A stretch of 64,000 nucleotides of DNA, from positions 1 to 64,000 of IMG/VR virus record IMGVR_UViG_3300026512_000010; one strand, written 5' to 3'. The notes below the pieces were generated by a model, which worked only from the letters and a program-made list of their open reading frames with translations, did no database searches and was not told the DNA's origin. Source of the DNA: a virus. Every line of letters starts with the position of its first letter. The stretch's first letter is position 1. Below are positions 43,764 through 53,736 of this stretch, piece after piece. Both the position numbers and the translations under genes were made by a program.

Positions 43764-44129
43764 TTATCCTTCTTCAGGTGATCTTTCGTCTTTTGTCTCA
43801 TTGGCTTCAATTTGCTTAATAAGCTCTGAAATATTTTCATCAGCTTCTTGTCCAAAAGCATTGTTATAAATAGCAATTACTTTTAGTGTGCTTTCTCTAT
43901 ATACTTTAATCTGTTCTTCAATTTGTTTTATCTGCTCTTGAGCTCTTTTGATTTCTTCTTGAACTTTATCTTTATCTTCGCTATTACTCATTGCTTGAAC
44001 AAGTTGTCTTGTTTGTTGTAAACTCATTAAACTTTCTGTAATAAGTATTTGATTACTAAGTAATCCAAATACCAAATCCATTTTTGTATTTGCTTTGTTA
44101 CAGCATCCATTACAATTTTTATTTTCCAT
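43764..44129 (-). CDS. Hypothetical coiled-coil protein
   Basis: ORF. Confidence 0.4.
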   Translation of the reverse strand: MENKNCNGCCNKANTKMDLVFGLLSNQILITESLMSLQQTRQLVQAMSNSEDKDKVQEEIKRAQEQIKQIEEQIKVYRESTLKVIAIYNNAFGQEADENISELIKQIEANETKDERSPEEG

Positions 44130-44157
44130 ATTAATCCTTTTTATTTTTTTAAATTTT

Positions 44158-45219
44158 TCATTCTTCTAACAAATCAATATTTTCATTTTTATTTTTGTTT
44201 CCAAGACTATATTTCAATTTAATATACTCTTTAAAATCTGTATTTTTAAATACAGACAACCAAAACTCTTTAGCATTTTCCCAAATTTCTTTTTCACGCC
44301 ATTTTTTATCATTTTCTACACAAGGACGGGTATACCACCCATTTGAAGGCTTATCAACATATCCGCCTTCTAAAGCATCATCCAATATTCCAAAATATGG
44401 ATGAATTCCTCCATCAAATCTTATTAGATATTTAAGTTTCGTATGAGGTTTTACATATCTTCCTTTTTCAGAAATTGCTGTTACAACTTTACCTATAACA
44501 TCATTACCATCTTTATCCTTTGCTTGAGATGTAGTTTTTACAATGGCACTTGATACATATTGAATTTTGCTACCGCCAGAAATTTCACCACCAGGTGTTG
44601 GAATAAAGGATCCAATACTTGTATAAGTATGATTAACCACATAAACAGTCATAGGGTGCAGAGTTAAAAGCAAATTTGCTAAACCATTTTTAGCTCTTGT
44701 TGTCTGTAGATCTGCAACATCTTTACCAGACATTGCATCATCAACTTGTTTAGCATTTATTAATCCGCCCCAACTATCAAGTATTAAAAGTGTATTTTCT
44801 CTTTCATCAAATTCAAGTTCATCTTTAAGATTTGCAATAATCTGCTTAACCTGTGTTATATCATTTTCAGGTATAATAATTAATCTATGTTCATCTATAT
44901 CATTTTGTAAATTAAAATTTTCAATCATAACATCATTAATTGCAAACTCTGTATCAATATAAATAACAGTCATATCTTTTTTCAAAGCCTGCTTTACAAG
45001 ATATACTGATTGAAGTGATTTACCTGATTGTGTTTCTCCTGCAATCATTGAAATTTTATGTTTAGGAATACCGCCATCAATTCTTCCAGAATAAAGAATA
45101 TTCAAAGTTGCTATTCCTGTTGATATAAAGTCTTCTTTTAAGGACAAAGATTTTTCCGAGATATCTGTTATATATGTTTTTAAATTTTTATTTTTAGCTA
45201 ATTTTTCGTAAATGCTCAT
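44158..45219 (-). CDS. uvsX: UvsX recombinase (RecA-like)
   Basis: IATLNILYSGRIDGGIPKHKISMIAGETQSGKS, NHTYTS and IRFDGGIHPYFGILDDALEGGYVDKPSNGWYTRP closely parallel T4 UvsX. Confidence 0.9.
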   Translation of the reverse strand: MSIYEKLAKNKNLKTYITDISEKSLSLKEDFISTGIATLNILYSGRIDGGIPKHKISMIAGETQSGKSLQSVYLVKQALKKDMTVIYIDTEFAINDVMIENFNLQNDIDEHRLIIIPENDITQVKQIIANLKDELEFDERENTLLILDSWGGLINAKQVDDAMSGKDVADLQTTRAKNGLANLLLTLHPMTVYVVNHTYTSIGSFIPTPGGEISGGSKIQYVSSAIVKTTSQAKDKDGNDVIGKVVTAISEKGRYVKPHTKLKYLIRFDGGIHPYFGILDDALEGGYVDKPSNGWYTRPCVENDKKWREKEIWENAKEFWLSVFKNTDFKEYIKLKYSLGNKNKNENIDLLEE

Positions 45220-45230
45220 TTAATTCCTTT

Positions 45231-45476
45231 CTATTCTTCTTCACAATATCCTTTTTCTTCGAATATTTCTTTAGCTTCATCATATCCTCTGTTATATCCA
45301 TCATTATAAGATATGTCTACAATATCTTTAAAAATTATATCCAATAAATTTCTAATTTCCATATTATTTTCATATTCTTCGTTCAATTCTTCTAAAATCC
45401 ATTTTAATTCATCAAAGTTTAATTTCATTCCATTTCTAAACTCATAGGTTTCATTTCCTTGATAAATCATAAGCAA
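45231..45476 (-). CDS. Hypothetical acidic protein
   Basis: ORF after promoter 45484-45517. Confidence 0.4.
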   Translation of the reverse strand: MLMIYQGNETYEFRNGMKLNFDELKWILEELNEEYENNMEIRNLLDIIFKDIVDISYNDGYNRGYDEAKEIFEEKGYCEEE

Positions 45477-45483
45477 CCTTTTT

Positions 45484-45517
45484 TATAATTATATATCATT
45501 TCCCTACAAAAGTAAAG
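45484..45517 (-). promoter_or_regulatory. Promoter cassette (variant)
   Basis: tataattatatatcatttccctacaaaagtaaag. Confidence 0.4.
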
Positions 45518-45811
45518 TTATTTTGAATTTTCTTTAAATTCTTTTATTTCTTTTATTAATTGAGTAAAGGAATTTTCTTTCTTTATAAATCCATAATAAA
45601 TTAATATAAAGTTAATATCTTCAAAAAATTCAAGCATTTTATCAATATTATTAAATATAACCATATAAGTTTCGTTTATAACTATCGTTAATGTTGTTTT
45701 ATCACACAATATAAAACATTTTGTTAAATCAATAACTGAATAATTAGTTTTATGTTTATCATAAAATATTATATCCGAATATTTACTTAAATCAAATAAA
45801 AGCGTTTTCAT
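45518..45811 (-). CDS. Hypothetical protein (position compatible with a clamp-loader small subunit; unverified)
   Basis: ORF immediately downstream of the gp44 homologue. Confidence 0.35.
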   Translation of the reverse strand: MKTLLFDLSKYSDIIFYDKHKTNYSVIDLTKCFILCDKTTLTIVINETYMVIFNNIDKMLEFFEDINFILIYYGFIKKENSFTQLIKEIKEFKENSK

Positions 45812-46758
45812 TATTTTATCTTTATATTTTCATTCATTAATCTTGTTAAAAAAGCCATAATAGGAATATATTTATTTTTAGCTCTTGAATTTTGATCGTA
45901 ATAATCTGCAAGAAGAATTATTGTTTTAGCTAAATCTTTTTCTTCTATCAAATCTTCCAAATTCTTCCACACATAAGTATAAAAAATGTCTGGAGCTACA
46001 ATATTATCTACAAGAGATTTAACTTTTGCAAAATCTTTATTTTTAACCTCTTTAAAAATTTCGATAAAATAATTTCCAGCGTTTAATTGCTCTTTTTCTA
46101 CAACAAGCTTTCCATCAAATACATTTTTTTGGATAAAAATTATCATTTCTCTTGTTGATGGATAGTATGTTTTAATAATTTCCAAAAGATCTTTTTTATT
46201 ATATTCAATGTTTTCATTTTCTAAAATAAATGTTAATCTTTCAAGTATCTGTTTTGCCAGCTCTTTTTTGTTGTTTTGATAAATCTCGTCTAAATTATAT
46301 ATCTCAAGTCTCTGAAGAAGAGGTTCAATTAATCTATCAGGATAATTTCCTGTAAATGTAAATCTTGCTGACTCATAAAAAGCCTCTACGTCTCCTCTTA
46401 GAAGTGCCTGAGCATTTGCTGTTAGATAATCTGCCTCATCTACTATAATAAGTCTAAAATTTCCCTGATTTGAAATTTTCCCTGCAAAATTAGATACTTT
46501 AAATCTAAATGTATCAACATTATTTTCTTTTGAACCATTTAGCCAAAGTGTTTCAGTATCTAAATCATTTTTTAAAGCTGTTGCAATAGAAGTTTTTCCG
46601 CTTCCAGGAATTGAGCCAAATAAGCCAATATTTGGTAAAGTTCCTTTTTCAACATACTCTTTAAACTTTTTCTTCATTTTTTCTGGAAAAATTAAATCAT
46701 CTATTGTTTGTGGTCTATATCTTTCAGCCCAAATACTTGAATCACCTATTTTATTCAA
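45811..46758 (-). CDS. Clamp-loader large subunit (T4 gp44 / RFC-like AAA+)
   Basis: WAERYRPQTIDDLIFP...LFGSIPGSGKTSIATAL...LIIVDEADYL parallels T4 gp44 LEQKYRPSTIDECILP...SPSPGTGKTTVAKAL. Confidence 0.85.
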   Translation of the reverse strand: MNKIGDSSIWAERYRPQTIDDLIFPEKMKKKFKEYVEKGTLPNIGLFGSIPGSGKTSIATALKNDLDTETLWLNGSKENNVDTFRFKVSNFAGKISNQGNFRLIIVDEADYLTANAQALLRGDVEAFYESARFTFTGNYPDRLIEPLLQRLEIYNLDEIYQNNKKELAKQILERLTFILENENIEYNKKDLLEIIKTYYPSTREMIIFIQKNVFDGKLVVEKEQLNAGNYFIEIFKEVKNKDFAKVKSLVDNIVAPDIFYTYVWKNLEDLIEEKDLAKTIILLADYYDQNSRAKNKYIPIMAFLTRLMNENIKIK

Positions 46759-46786
46759 TTTAAACTCCTTTGTAATTCGCTTATCC

Positions 46787-46861
46787 GAGCCTCTTTAAGA
46801 AGCTTTGAATGATTTTAATATAATAACTATTAAAATCCAAAATCTTCTAATAGAGAGGCTC
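46787..46861 (-). promoter_or_regulatory. Leader hairpin/operator element B (GAGCCTCT.. / ..AGAGGCTC inverted repeat around a -10-like box) in the gp44 leader
   Basis: gagcctctttaagaag (46787-46802) and cttctaatagagaggctc (46844-46861); loop contains taatataata. Confidence 0.5.
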
Positions 46862-46868
46862 TAATAAG

Positions 46869-46994
46869 TGAATTAATGTTACAACTTAATTGGCTAATGT
46901 TTTTAATGGGAACATTAATGATACAACTTAATTGGCTAATGTTTTTAATGGGAACATTAATGATACAACTTAATTGGCTAATGTTTTTAAAGGG
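46869..46994. repeat. Three tandem 42-bp direct repeats, each with an internal 7-bp inverted repeat (AACATTA...TAATGTT); a partial fourth copy follows
   Basis: aacattaatgatacaacttaattggctaatgtttttaatggg repeated at about 46869-46910, 46911-46952 and 46953-46994; lies between promoter 47005-47038 and hairpin B. Confidence 0.8.
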
Positions 46995-47004
46995 AACATT
47001 AACA

Positions 47005-47038
47005 ATATAATTATAATATAATTTTTCAAAAAAGTAAA
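47005..47038 (-). promoter_or_regulatory. Conserved phage promoter cassette upstream of the repeat array and gp44 leader
   Basis: atataattataatataatttttcaaaaaagtaaa. Confidence 0.5.
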
Positions 47039-47590
47039 CTATAAAATTTCATTTATTACATTTTTTATTTTTTGAGTCGACTCATCTTTAAATGTTATAA
47101 AAAGCATTATGAATTTCAGCTTTTTATAAATAACTTTATGAACTCTTGTATCTTTAAGTCTTTCAAATTGATCTGTAAATTTCAAATAAAAATACAAAGT
47201 ATAAAACATAATTTCATTCTTTATGAACATATTTATTACATCATTTTTTGTAACAAACCCTTTTTCTTTAAGTGAATTTACATCTTTTTTTATATAACGT
47301 TCATAATCCATTGTCTTTCGTTTGAATTCTACAACTTCATCAAAATCTAAATTTTTCAATTCGTCTACCATTTTATGAAAAGAAGATGGTGTCTTATTAA
47401 AAATTACATAAAGACAGCAAACAATAAATGTTTCTTTTGTTTTTCTCCTAAATTTTTCAACAGGAAAAAAGGCTTCAAATTTATCAATTGTTGATTTTTT
47501 ATGATTAGTATGAAGAAGCCTTTTATCTAAAGAATTTTGGTATGTTAAAAACATACCGTGAGAAATTTGATACAAATCATAATATTTCAT
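47039..47590 (-). CDS. Hypothetical protein
   Basis: ORF after promoter 47607-47635. Confidence 0.4.
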   Translation of the reverse strand: MKYYDLYQISHGMFLTYQNSLDKRLLHTNHKKSTIDKFEAFFPVEKFRRKTKETFIVCCLYVIFNKTPSSFHKMVDELKNLDFDEVVEFKRKTMDYERYIKKDVNSLKEKGFVTKNDVINMFIKNEIMFYTLYFYLKFTDQFERLKDTRVHKVIYKKLKFIMLFITFKDESTQKIKNVINEIL

Positions 47591-47606
47591 TTTAACATCT
47601 TTTTAA

Positions 47607-47635
47607 AAATTATAATATATTTTTAAGAAAAGTAA
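47607..47635 (-). promoter_or_regulatory. Promoter cassette
   Basis: aattataatatatttttaagaaaagtaaa. Confidence 0.4.
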
Positions 47636-47636
47636 A

Positions 47637-47876
47637 CTACCAAACTTCATCTATTTTTTTAGGACGATACATATGCCCGTCCTCAAGAAAATAAATTTCT
47701 CCATTTTTCACAAGATTATTATAAAATATTTCTTTGAAAGTTTTATCATTCTTTATTTCTTCTGCTAATTCCAATATGTCTAAATCATATTTATCAGCAT
47801 ATTCCATAATTATATCCAACATAGAATAATCATAAATATCATTTTTCTTAATAAAATTTAAAATTTCCTGAACCAT
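47637..47876 (-). CDS. Hypothetical protein
   Basis: ORF. Confidence 0.4.
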   Translation of the reverse strand: MVQEILNFIKKNDIYDYSMLDIIMEYADKYDLDILELAEEIKNDKTFKEIFYNNLVKNGEIYFLEDGHMYRPKKIDEVW

Positions 47877-47877
47877 C

Positions 47878-49581
47878 TTATTCCTTTATTAATTTACTAA
47901 AACCAAATTCTTGCTCTATTTTAAAAATTCTATTAGCACTTATTTTGTTTATTATTGTTGGATTATGTGTAATTATTATTATATCTTTTTTATCAACAAA
48001 TTCTGTCATTAAAATATTAATAATAATTTCTATACCCTCTTCGTCAAGAGAACTATCTAAAAATTCATCAAGAACAAGAACATTTATTTTGTATCCGTTG
48101 TATTCCATTATTCTTAAAAATGCAAATAAAAGACTTAAAACAATCCTTTGTTTCTGTCCATTACTTAAAGCGTTAAATTCTTGCTCTTCATTTCTCTTTA
48201 TAATTTTTTCTTTAAGATTACTTTCTATTACAAAATTATATTCAACATTAAATTTTTCAAGATATTCATTAATATATTTGTTGAGAATAGGTAATTGTTG
48301 AGAAAGTATCTGCTCTTTCAATTTTCCTTCAACAATCAATGAAATTATCTTTTCATAATTCATTTTTTCTTTTTCTTTTTCTTTCAATTCATCTTTCAAT
48401 TCTTCAAGATCTTTTTCTTTTTCTTTCAGATAATCGTAATTAATTTCAGTTAATTGAGTTTCTTCATAAATTTTCTTTTTATACTCTAATTGATTTATAG
48501 TTATCTCTATATTTGTAAGCTTATTCATTAATTTATTGATTTTATTTTGTTTTTCTAAAATTTCATTTTCTTCTTCTAAAACAGGCTCAAGTTTACTTTT
48601 ATATTCTGTTTGTTTTTCTTCTAATAGTTTCAATTTAGATTTTATGTCATTTATATCTAAAATTTCTTGCTTAAATTTATGCTTGCAGTTAGGACATGTT
48701 ATTTCTTCAGATTTTTCATATAAATCAATTTTTGTATTTAAAACATTTTTTGCATTTAAAATTTTATTTATCTTTTCTTGTATCTCTTCTTTTTTTGCAA
48801 ATATTTCAAGCATTTTTGTATTAAGTTCATTTTTTATAGAAATTTTTTCTTTTATTTTAGATTTTGTTTCTAAAAGAGTTTTAATCTCTTCATCAATCTC
48901 TTTCAATTTTTGGTTTTTATTTTTTACTATTTCTTCATTTTGTTTTTCTATTTTTTCATACTCTAACTTCAAATTTTCAATATTTTCACTCAAAGAGTTT
49001 ATTTTGTATGAAATATTCGTTATATCTGTTTGAAGTAAATTTCTTTTTTCTTTTGCCAGCTTCACTATTATATTAAAAATAAATGTGTTAGTCAAATTCT
49101 GAAATATTTCTTCTTTTTCCTTAGAGCTTAAATCCATAAAATTTTTCATATTAGAAATATTTGCTCCAAGAACAACAATCTGTTTAAAAAGAACTTCATT
49201 GAACCCTAAAATATCTTCAAGCTTTTCCTGATAATCTCTTGAATGCCCATCTTGTGGAATTAATTTCCATTCATTACTTTCTTTATGATATATTTCAAAA
49301 ATAGAGGGCTTTAACCCTCTGATAATTTTATAATGTTTATCTGTCTTAAATTCAACTTCAACAAGAAGTTCTTTTTTATTTTTATCATTAATAAGAGAAC
49401 CTAATTTAACCTTTCTAAATGGCTTTCCAAAAAAAGCAAACATTAATGTATCAAGAAATGCAGAAGATTTACCTCTGCCGTTTTTTGCCACAACAATATC
49501 AAGTCCATTTTTAAAAGTTATCTCAGTAAAATTATTCCCATAAGAAAGAAAATTTTTAAATTTTACCTTTTTTAATATCAT
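47878..49581 (-). CDS. SbcC/Rad50-like recombination ATPase (T4 gp46-like)
   Basis: Walker A AKNGRGKSS; zinc hook CPNCKH; ABC signature LSNGQKQR; Walker B LVLDEF; long coiled coil. Confidence 0.85.
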   Translation of the reverse strand: MILKKVKFKNFLSYGNNFTEITFKNGLDIVVAKNGRGKSSAFLDTLMFAFFGKPFRKVKLGSLINDKNKKELLVEVEFKTDKHYKIIRGLKPSIFEIYHKESNEWKLIPQDGHSRDYQEKLEDILGFNEVLFKQIVVLGANISNMKNFMDLSSKEKEEIFQNLTNTFIFNIIVKLAKEKRNLLQTDITNISYKINSLSENIENLKLEYEKIEKQNEEIVKNKNQKLKEIDEEIKTLLETKSKIKEKISIKNELNTKMLEIFAKKEEIQEKINKILNAKNVLNTKIDLYEKSEEITCPNCKHKFKQEILDINDIKSKLKLLEEKQTEYKSKLEPVLEEENEILEKQNKINKLMNKLTNIEITINQLEYKKKIYEETQLTEINYDYLKEKEKDLEELKDELKEKEKEKMNYEKIISLIVEGKLKEQILSQQLPILNKYINEYLEKFNVEYNFVIESNLKEKIIKRNEEQEFNALSNGQKQRIVLSLLFAFLRIMEYNGYKINVLVLDEFLDSSLDEEGIEIIINILMTEFVDKKDIIIITHNPTIINKISANRIFKIEQEFGFSKLIKE

Positions 49582-49582
49582 A

Positions 49583-50593
49583 TCACACCTTCATTTGTCT
49601 CTGTGCTTCTTCTATTAATTCTTTAAGCACTTTTTGTAACTCTTTATCCTTAATATTATCTAATAATAATTTTTTAGGAGATTTTATATTTTCTTCATTT
49701 GTTTCAATTTCTATTTTAAAAGTTTTATCAATAAATGCAAAATCAATATTTTCTTCTTTTAAAGAATTTATAAATTGCCAATTCTCTTGTCTATCTTCAA
49801 GAAGATAGACTTTTATTTCATTACCTTTTAAATTTTTAATAGAAATATCTTTTTCTGATCCGTAAATTGTTTTTCCAAGAAATATTTTTATGAATTTTTT
49901 AGAGTATTCATTTTTTATTAATTCAGTTTTATCATTTTTTAAATCAAGTATATAAAATCCTTTTTCATCTCCTGAATCATTCCAGTCTAATTGATACGGC
50001 GTTCCAATATAATGAACAACATCTTTTTCCTGCTTTAAATGAAAATGGCCAGAAAAAATCTTTTTTCCTCTAAAAGGAAGTTTTTTATAATCAAGTCCAT
50101 AGTGATTTTCTATTCCGTGAACAACTTCAAAATTTATAAACTCAAAATGACCAAATAAATAATCACAATTAAGGAATTCTTCTTTAATTTTTTCCTTTCC
50201 TATACGCCATGGAATTATACCAAGTTTTTTATTTTCTATTTCTATAAATGTTTGCTCTTCAATATAATTTATGTTTAAAATCTGTTCTAATATTTTCAAT
50301 ACAGAATAATCTCTTGTATTTTTATAATAAATGTCATGATTTCCTGTTAGAACAATAAAATTTCCACCCCAATCATCTAAAAGCTCTTTAAAATCTTTTA
50401 TAAAATCTTGAAAAAATTTTATGTCAATTATCTTTCTATTATCAAATAAATCACCTAATTGGATAACAGTATTTATATTATATTTTTTCAAATAAGGGAA
50501 AAATTGTTTTTTTAAAAAAATAATTTTGTTTTTATAAAATTTTTCAGAAAATCCCTTTTTTCCAAAGTGTGTATCACCAAGTAAAGCTATCAT
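49583..50593 (-). CDS. SbcD/Mre11-like nuclease (T4 gp47-like)
   Basis: MIALLGDTHFG, GNHD and GHFH phosphoesterase motifs. Start set at the MIALLGD Met (ATG 50591-50593), avoiding the 35-nt overlap of the longer ORF. Confidence 0.8.
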   Translation of the reverse strand: MIALLGDTHFGKKGFSEKFYKNKIIFLKKQFFPYLKKYNINTVIQLGDLFDNRKIIDIKFFQDFIKDFKELLDDWGGNFIVLTGNHDIYYKNTRDYSVLKILEQILNINYIEEQTFIEIENKKLGIIPWRIGKEKIKEEFLNCDYLFGHFEFINFEVVHGIENHYGLDYKKLPFRGKKIFSGHFHLKQEKDVVHYIGTPYQLDWNDSGDEKGFYILDLKNDKTELIKNEYSKKFIKIFLGKTIYGSEKDISIKNLKGNEIKVYLLEDRQENWQFINSLKEENIDFAFIDKTFKIEIETNEENIKSPKKLLLDNIKDKELQKVLKELIEEAQRQMKV

Positions 50594-50594
50594 A

Positions 50595-50831
50595 TTATCT
50601 CTTTTGTGCGAAGTTTTTACAAGATCCATCTTTTATTAAAATTTTTTTAAGTTTTTCATCGAAGAAAATATCACCATTTAATTTTAATTCATTTGTAATA
50701 AATTCATAAAATTTTTGATTATTTTTATTTCTTATGTCAATTTTATCTTTTAAAAATTCATTCAGAATGTCACAATCAACCATCCCATCATAAATCCCTT
50801 TGTTATAATAACAATTTTTACATTTTTTCAT
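50595..50831 (-). CDS. Hypothetical protein
   Basis: ORF. Confidence 0.4.
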   Translation of the reverse strand: MKKCKNCYYNKGIYDGMVDCDILNEFLKDKIDIRNKNNQKFYEFITNELKLNGDIFFDEKLKKILIKDGSCKNFAQKR

Positions 50832-50840
50832 ATATATCCT

Positions 50841-51089
50841 TTAAAAATATTTTTTATACTGTGTTAAATGTTTTATCAAATTTTTCATTTGAAATATATT
50901 AAATTCACCACAAAACCTTGTAAAAGAATAATCCTTTCTTTCATGATTTTTAAAAAGTTGAAATACAATCTTTCCATCTTTTATTTTTTGATTACAAATA
51001 TAATTATTGTTCTTTTCTATTTCTTTAGATATTTCTTGAGGATGCAAATTTTCTATTTGCATCAAGGCACTTTTATACTCTTTATTCAC
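50841..51089 (-). CDS. Hypothetical protein (GTG start)
   Basis: ORF after promoter 51104-51139. Confidence 0.35.
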   Translation of the reverse strand: MNKEYKSALMQIENLHPQEISKEIEKNNNYICNQKIKDGKIVFQLFKNHERKDYSFTRFCGEFNIFQMKNLIKHLTQYKKYF

Positions 51090-51103
51090 GAATATCCCTT
51101 TTT

Positions 51104-51139
51104 TATATAATTATAATATAACTTAACAACAAAGTAAAG
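51104..51139 (-). promoter_or_regulatory. Promoter cassette
   Basis: tatataattataatataacttaacaacaaagtaaag. Confidence 0.4.
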
Positions 51140-51233
51140 TAAATTTTTGATTTTTTAATTAAATTTTTGAAGTATTTAAAGAGATCCCGGAGGGGGTAGA
51201 AAGGTTATAAGTTTCGTATGAAGTAGAAAAATA

Positions 51234-51596
51234 TTATAAGTGATCTTTATAAACAATATCTTTTATTTCAGCTAAAATCTCTTTTTTAATTGGATCTTTT
51301 ATTTTCTTTTCTGCTTCTTTAAAAGAATCTTGTATATCATCTTTTGGAAATTTTTCAATAGCTTTTCCAAATTTTTTCACAAATGTATTAATCATATTGG
51401 AAAAAATTCCATTTACATCAACGCCAATTTCATCATCTTTTTCATCCATAAGAAGCTTTATGATTTCTTTTTTATTTTTACTTCTATCACTTTTAGTATA
51501 AATTTCTGTTATAATGTCATTATACAATGTATCAACAGATGTTAAAATTTGTCTAACTAAATTTTGTTCTACTTTTTCTATAATTTCTTTTATCAT
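51234..51596 (-). CDS. Hypothetical protein
   Basis: ORF. Confidence 0.4.
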   Translation of the reverse strand: MIKEIIEKVEQNLVRQILTSVDTLYNDIITEIYTKSDRSKNKKEIIKLLMDEKDDEIGVDVNGIFSNMINTFVKKFGKAIEKFPKDDIQDSFKEAEKKIKDPIKKEILAEIKDIVYKDHL

Positions 51597-51605
51597 TTAT
51601 TATCC

Positions 51606-51953
51606 CTATAATTTTTTTAAATCTTTTTCTAAATTTTTTAAAACATTATTAATATCGTCATTAAATTTTTTAGAAAGTTTCTCAAGCTCTTTTCCATATT
51701 TGTTCATTAATTTATAATAATAATTTTTTAATTCACTTTCACTATTTTCCGAATATTCTTTCAAAAGCTCTTTTAAAGATTTTATTTTTGTAAGAGATCT
51801 TTCACCTTCTATAGAAAGTTTCATTAAATCATTGTGTTGATTAGCACCCAAAAACAAACTAAAATTTTCCAGAGTAATATATACTGAATCTTCATAAATG
51901 CTTGCCATTTCATTCTGCTTTAATTTCTCTATAAGTTCTTTTGTCATTTTCAC
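51606..51953 (-). CDS. Hypothetical coiled-coil protein
   Basis: ORF. Confidence 0.4.
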   Translation of the reverse strand: MKMTKELIEKLKQNEMASIYEDSVYITLENFSLFLGANQHNDLMKLSIEGERSLTKIKSLKELLKEYSENSESELKNYYYKLMNKYGKELEKLSKKFNDDINNVLKNLEKDLKKL

Positions 51954-52222
51954 CCTTTATTTAAAATATCCGCAATTTTCATAAAATCTTTCTTTTCAAT
52001 TTTAAATTTATTCCCATTATAATTTAAAATCAATTTATCGCCGATAAAAAGTATACTTCCTACATGCTGATCAAACTCTTGTATTAAAACTTCACACCCA
52101 ATATCTGAAATAGCCAATGTAAATCTTTGTTTAAGTTCCTTGTCTATTTCATCAACCATTTTTTCTATATCTTTTGATTTGCATCCGCCAATAATTCTTT
52201 CAATAATTTCTCTGATCATCAC
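51950..52222 (-). CDS. Hypothetical protein
   Basis: ORF, 4-nt overlaps with neighbours. Confidence 0.4.
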   Translation of the reverse strand: MMIREIIERIIGGCKSKDIEKMVDEIDKELKQRFTLAISDIGCEVLIQEFDQHVGSILFIGDKLILNYNGNKFKIEKKDFMKIADILNKG

Positions 52223-52488
52223 TTTCCCTTACAAATTTTATATAAAATATCTATGATTTCTTTTCTTCTTTTTTCTCCCCAGTCTTTACATTTATCACCG
52301 CATCTATTATAGAAAAAATTAACTCTCTCAACAGCTTGTTTTAAATCTTTTGACGCTTTACAAACTATCTCTGCTGTTTTTTGGGCAGGCATATCTTTAG
52401 CAAAGGTTCCTTCAGGAGGAGTCCATTTAGGTTTAACGTTATTTACCCATTGTTCTTCTTGTATTTTTTGAAGTATTTCTCTAATCAT
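52219..52488 (-). CDS. Hypothetical protein
   Basis: ORF. Confidence 0.4.
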   Translation of the reverse strand: MIREILQKIQEEQWVNNVKPKWTPPEGTFAKDMPAQKTAEIVCKASKDLKQAVERVNFFYNRCGDKCKDWGEKRRKEIIDILYKICKGK

Positions 52489-52489
52489 T

Positions 52490-52957
52490 TTAATCTTTTA
52501 ATTTGCTTAAATCAAAGAAAGAATGTGTGAATATAGGTATTTTTCCTAAACCAGTTTTTTCATCAAGCTGAAAGCCAATAATAGTTCCAGTTTTTCTATC
52601 AAGTAGCACAAAAAATTCTTTTCCATTCTTTTCCATCGTTGACCAAAGGGGATTTTTATCTTTTATATCTTTTACATTTTTAATTAGCTCTTCAACTTCG
52701 CTTCTTGTCACCAAATCAAAAACATTTAAACCTTCATTTTTATTTTCTTTAATTTGTTTTAAAAATTCTTTAATCATATTTTCCTCCACTTTTTCTATAT
52801 CTTTAATTTTAAATTCATATTCTTTACCATCTTTATCTGAAGCCCAAATAGTATCACCGTCAATCTCTTCAACATGATACCACTCTCCATCAACCAAAAT
52901 CATACTTCCAACTTTTATATCATTCTTTTTAATTGATTCAATGAATTCTTTAATCAC
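52490..52957 (-). CDS. Hypothetical protein
   Basis: ORF. Confidence 0.4.
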   Translation of the reverse strand: MIKEFIESIKKNDIKVGSMILVDGEWYHVEEIDGDTIWASDKDGKEYEFKIKDIEKVEENMIKEFLKQIKENKNEGLNVFDLVTRSEVEELIKNVKDIKDKNPLWSTMEKNGKEFFVLLDRKTGTIIGFQLDEKTGLGKIPIFTHSFFDLSKLKD

Positions 52958-53717
52958 AAAATTCCTTTCTTTTCAATTTTATTATAATTTTCATATTTTT
53001 AATTACTCGTTTATAATATTTAATGTTATTATATCCGCCATTATACCTGCTTATAGATTTAAACCATGGATTTTTAAATCCTTTTTTTATAGCGTTTTCA
53101 TAATTATATATAAGATAAAATGTTGTTATTTTAATATTAAATCTCAAATCACTTAAAAGGATTTGAGCTAATTGTAAATCTTTATAATAATATTTTTTAT
53201 AAGGATTAAATTTTATTTTATTATATTTTAACTCTTTATTTACCCATTTTAATACTTTTCTATTTCTACTTTGATTTCCTATATTTTTTAACATTCTATT
53301 TTGATATTTCTTTTTCAAATAAGAAAAATATTGAATATTTTGTAAATATTTGCTATATTTTTTAAAAGCAAATTTATCTTTATGTAAAAAATAGTGATAT
53401 TTCTTAAATTGTTTAGGATACTTTGAAATAATAATTATTGCTGTTTCAAGTTTAACTTGTCCAACACCTAAGGATTTTAATATAAATGGCTTTTCTTTAC
53501 CATTTAGATAATTATCCCCTACAAGTTGCTTTCCTGCTGAACTTTCCGTTAAAATTATTGAACATACAGTATCGTTAAAAACATGTCCATCTATAGCTTT
53601 ATACTTTGATGAAACATTATAAGCTGTTTTTAAAACATTTAATTGAATTTCATCAAGTGCTTTTAAATTACTAAATAAACTTCCCAAAAATACTAAAATA
53701 AAAATTAAATTTTTCAT
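52950..53717 (-). CDS. Secreted lytic transglycosylase-like protein
   Basis: Signal peptide MKNLIFILVFLGSLFSNLKA; ILTESSAGKQLVGDNY...SLGVGQVK resembles the SLT-domain catalytic region. Confidence 0.4.
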   Translation of the reverse strand: MKNLIFILVFLGSLFSNLKALDEIQLNVLKTAYNVSSKYKAIDGHVFNDTVCSIILTESSAGKQLVGDNYLNGKEKPFILKSLGVGQVKLETAIIIISKYPKQFKKYHYFLHKDKFAFKKYSKYLQNIQYFSYLKKKYQNRMLKNIGNQSRNRKVLKWVNKELKYNKIKFNPYKKYYYKDLQLAQILLSDLRFNIKITTFYLIYNYENAIKKGFKNPWFKSISRYNGGYNNIKYYKRVIKNMKIIIKLKRKEFCD

Positions 53718-53736
53718 TTATCTCCTTAACTCATAA

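Noticed and set aside
46869-46994. Possible CRISPR array
   Set aside because: The 42-bp units are directly contiguous with no spacers and no cas genes are present, so this is a tandem repeat rather than CRISPR.
51190-51215. Short GC-rich island gagatcccggagggggtagaaagg in an AT-rich spacer
   Set aside because: No stable hairpin and no repeat elsewhere in the window. Function cannot be argued from sequence.
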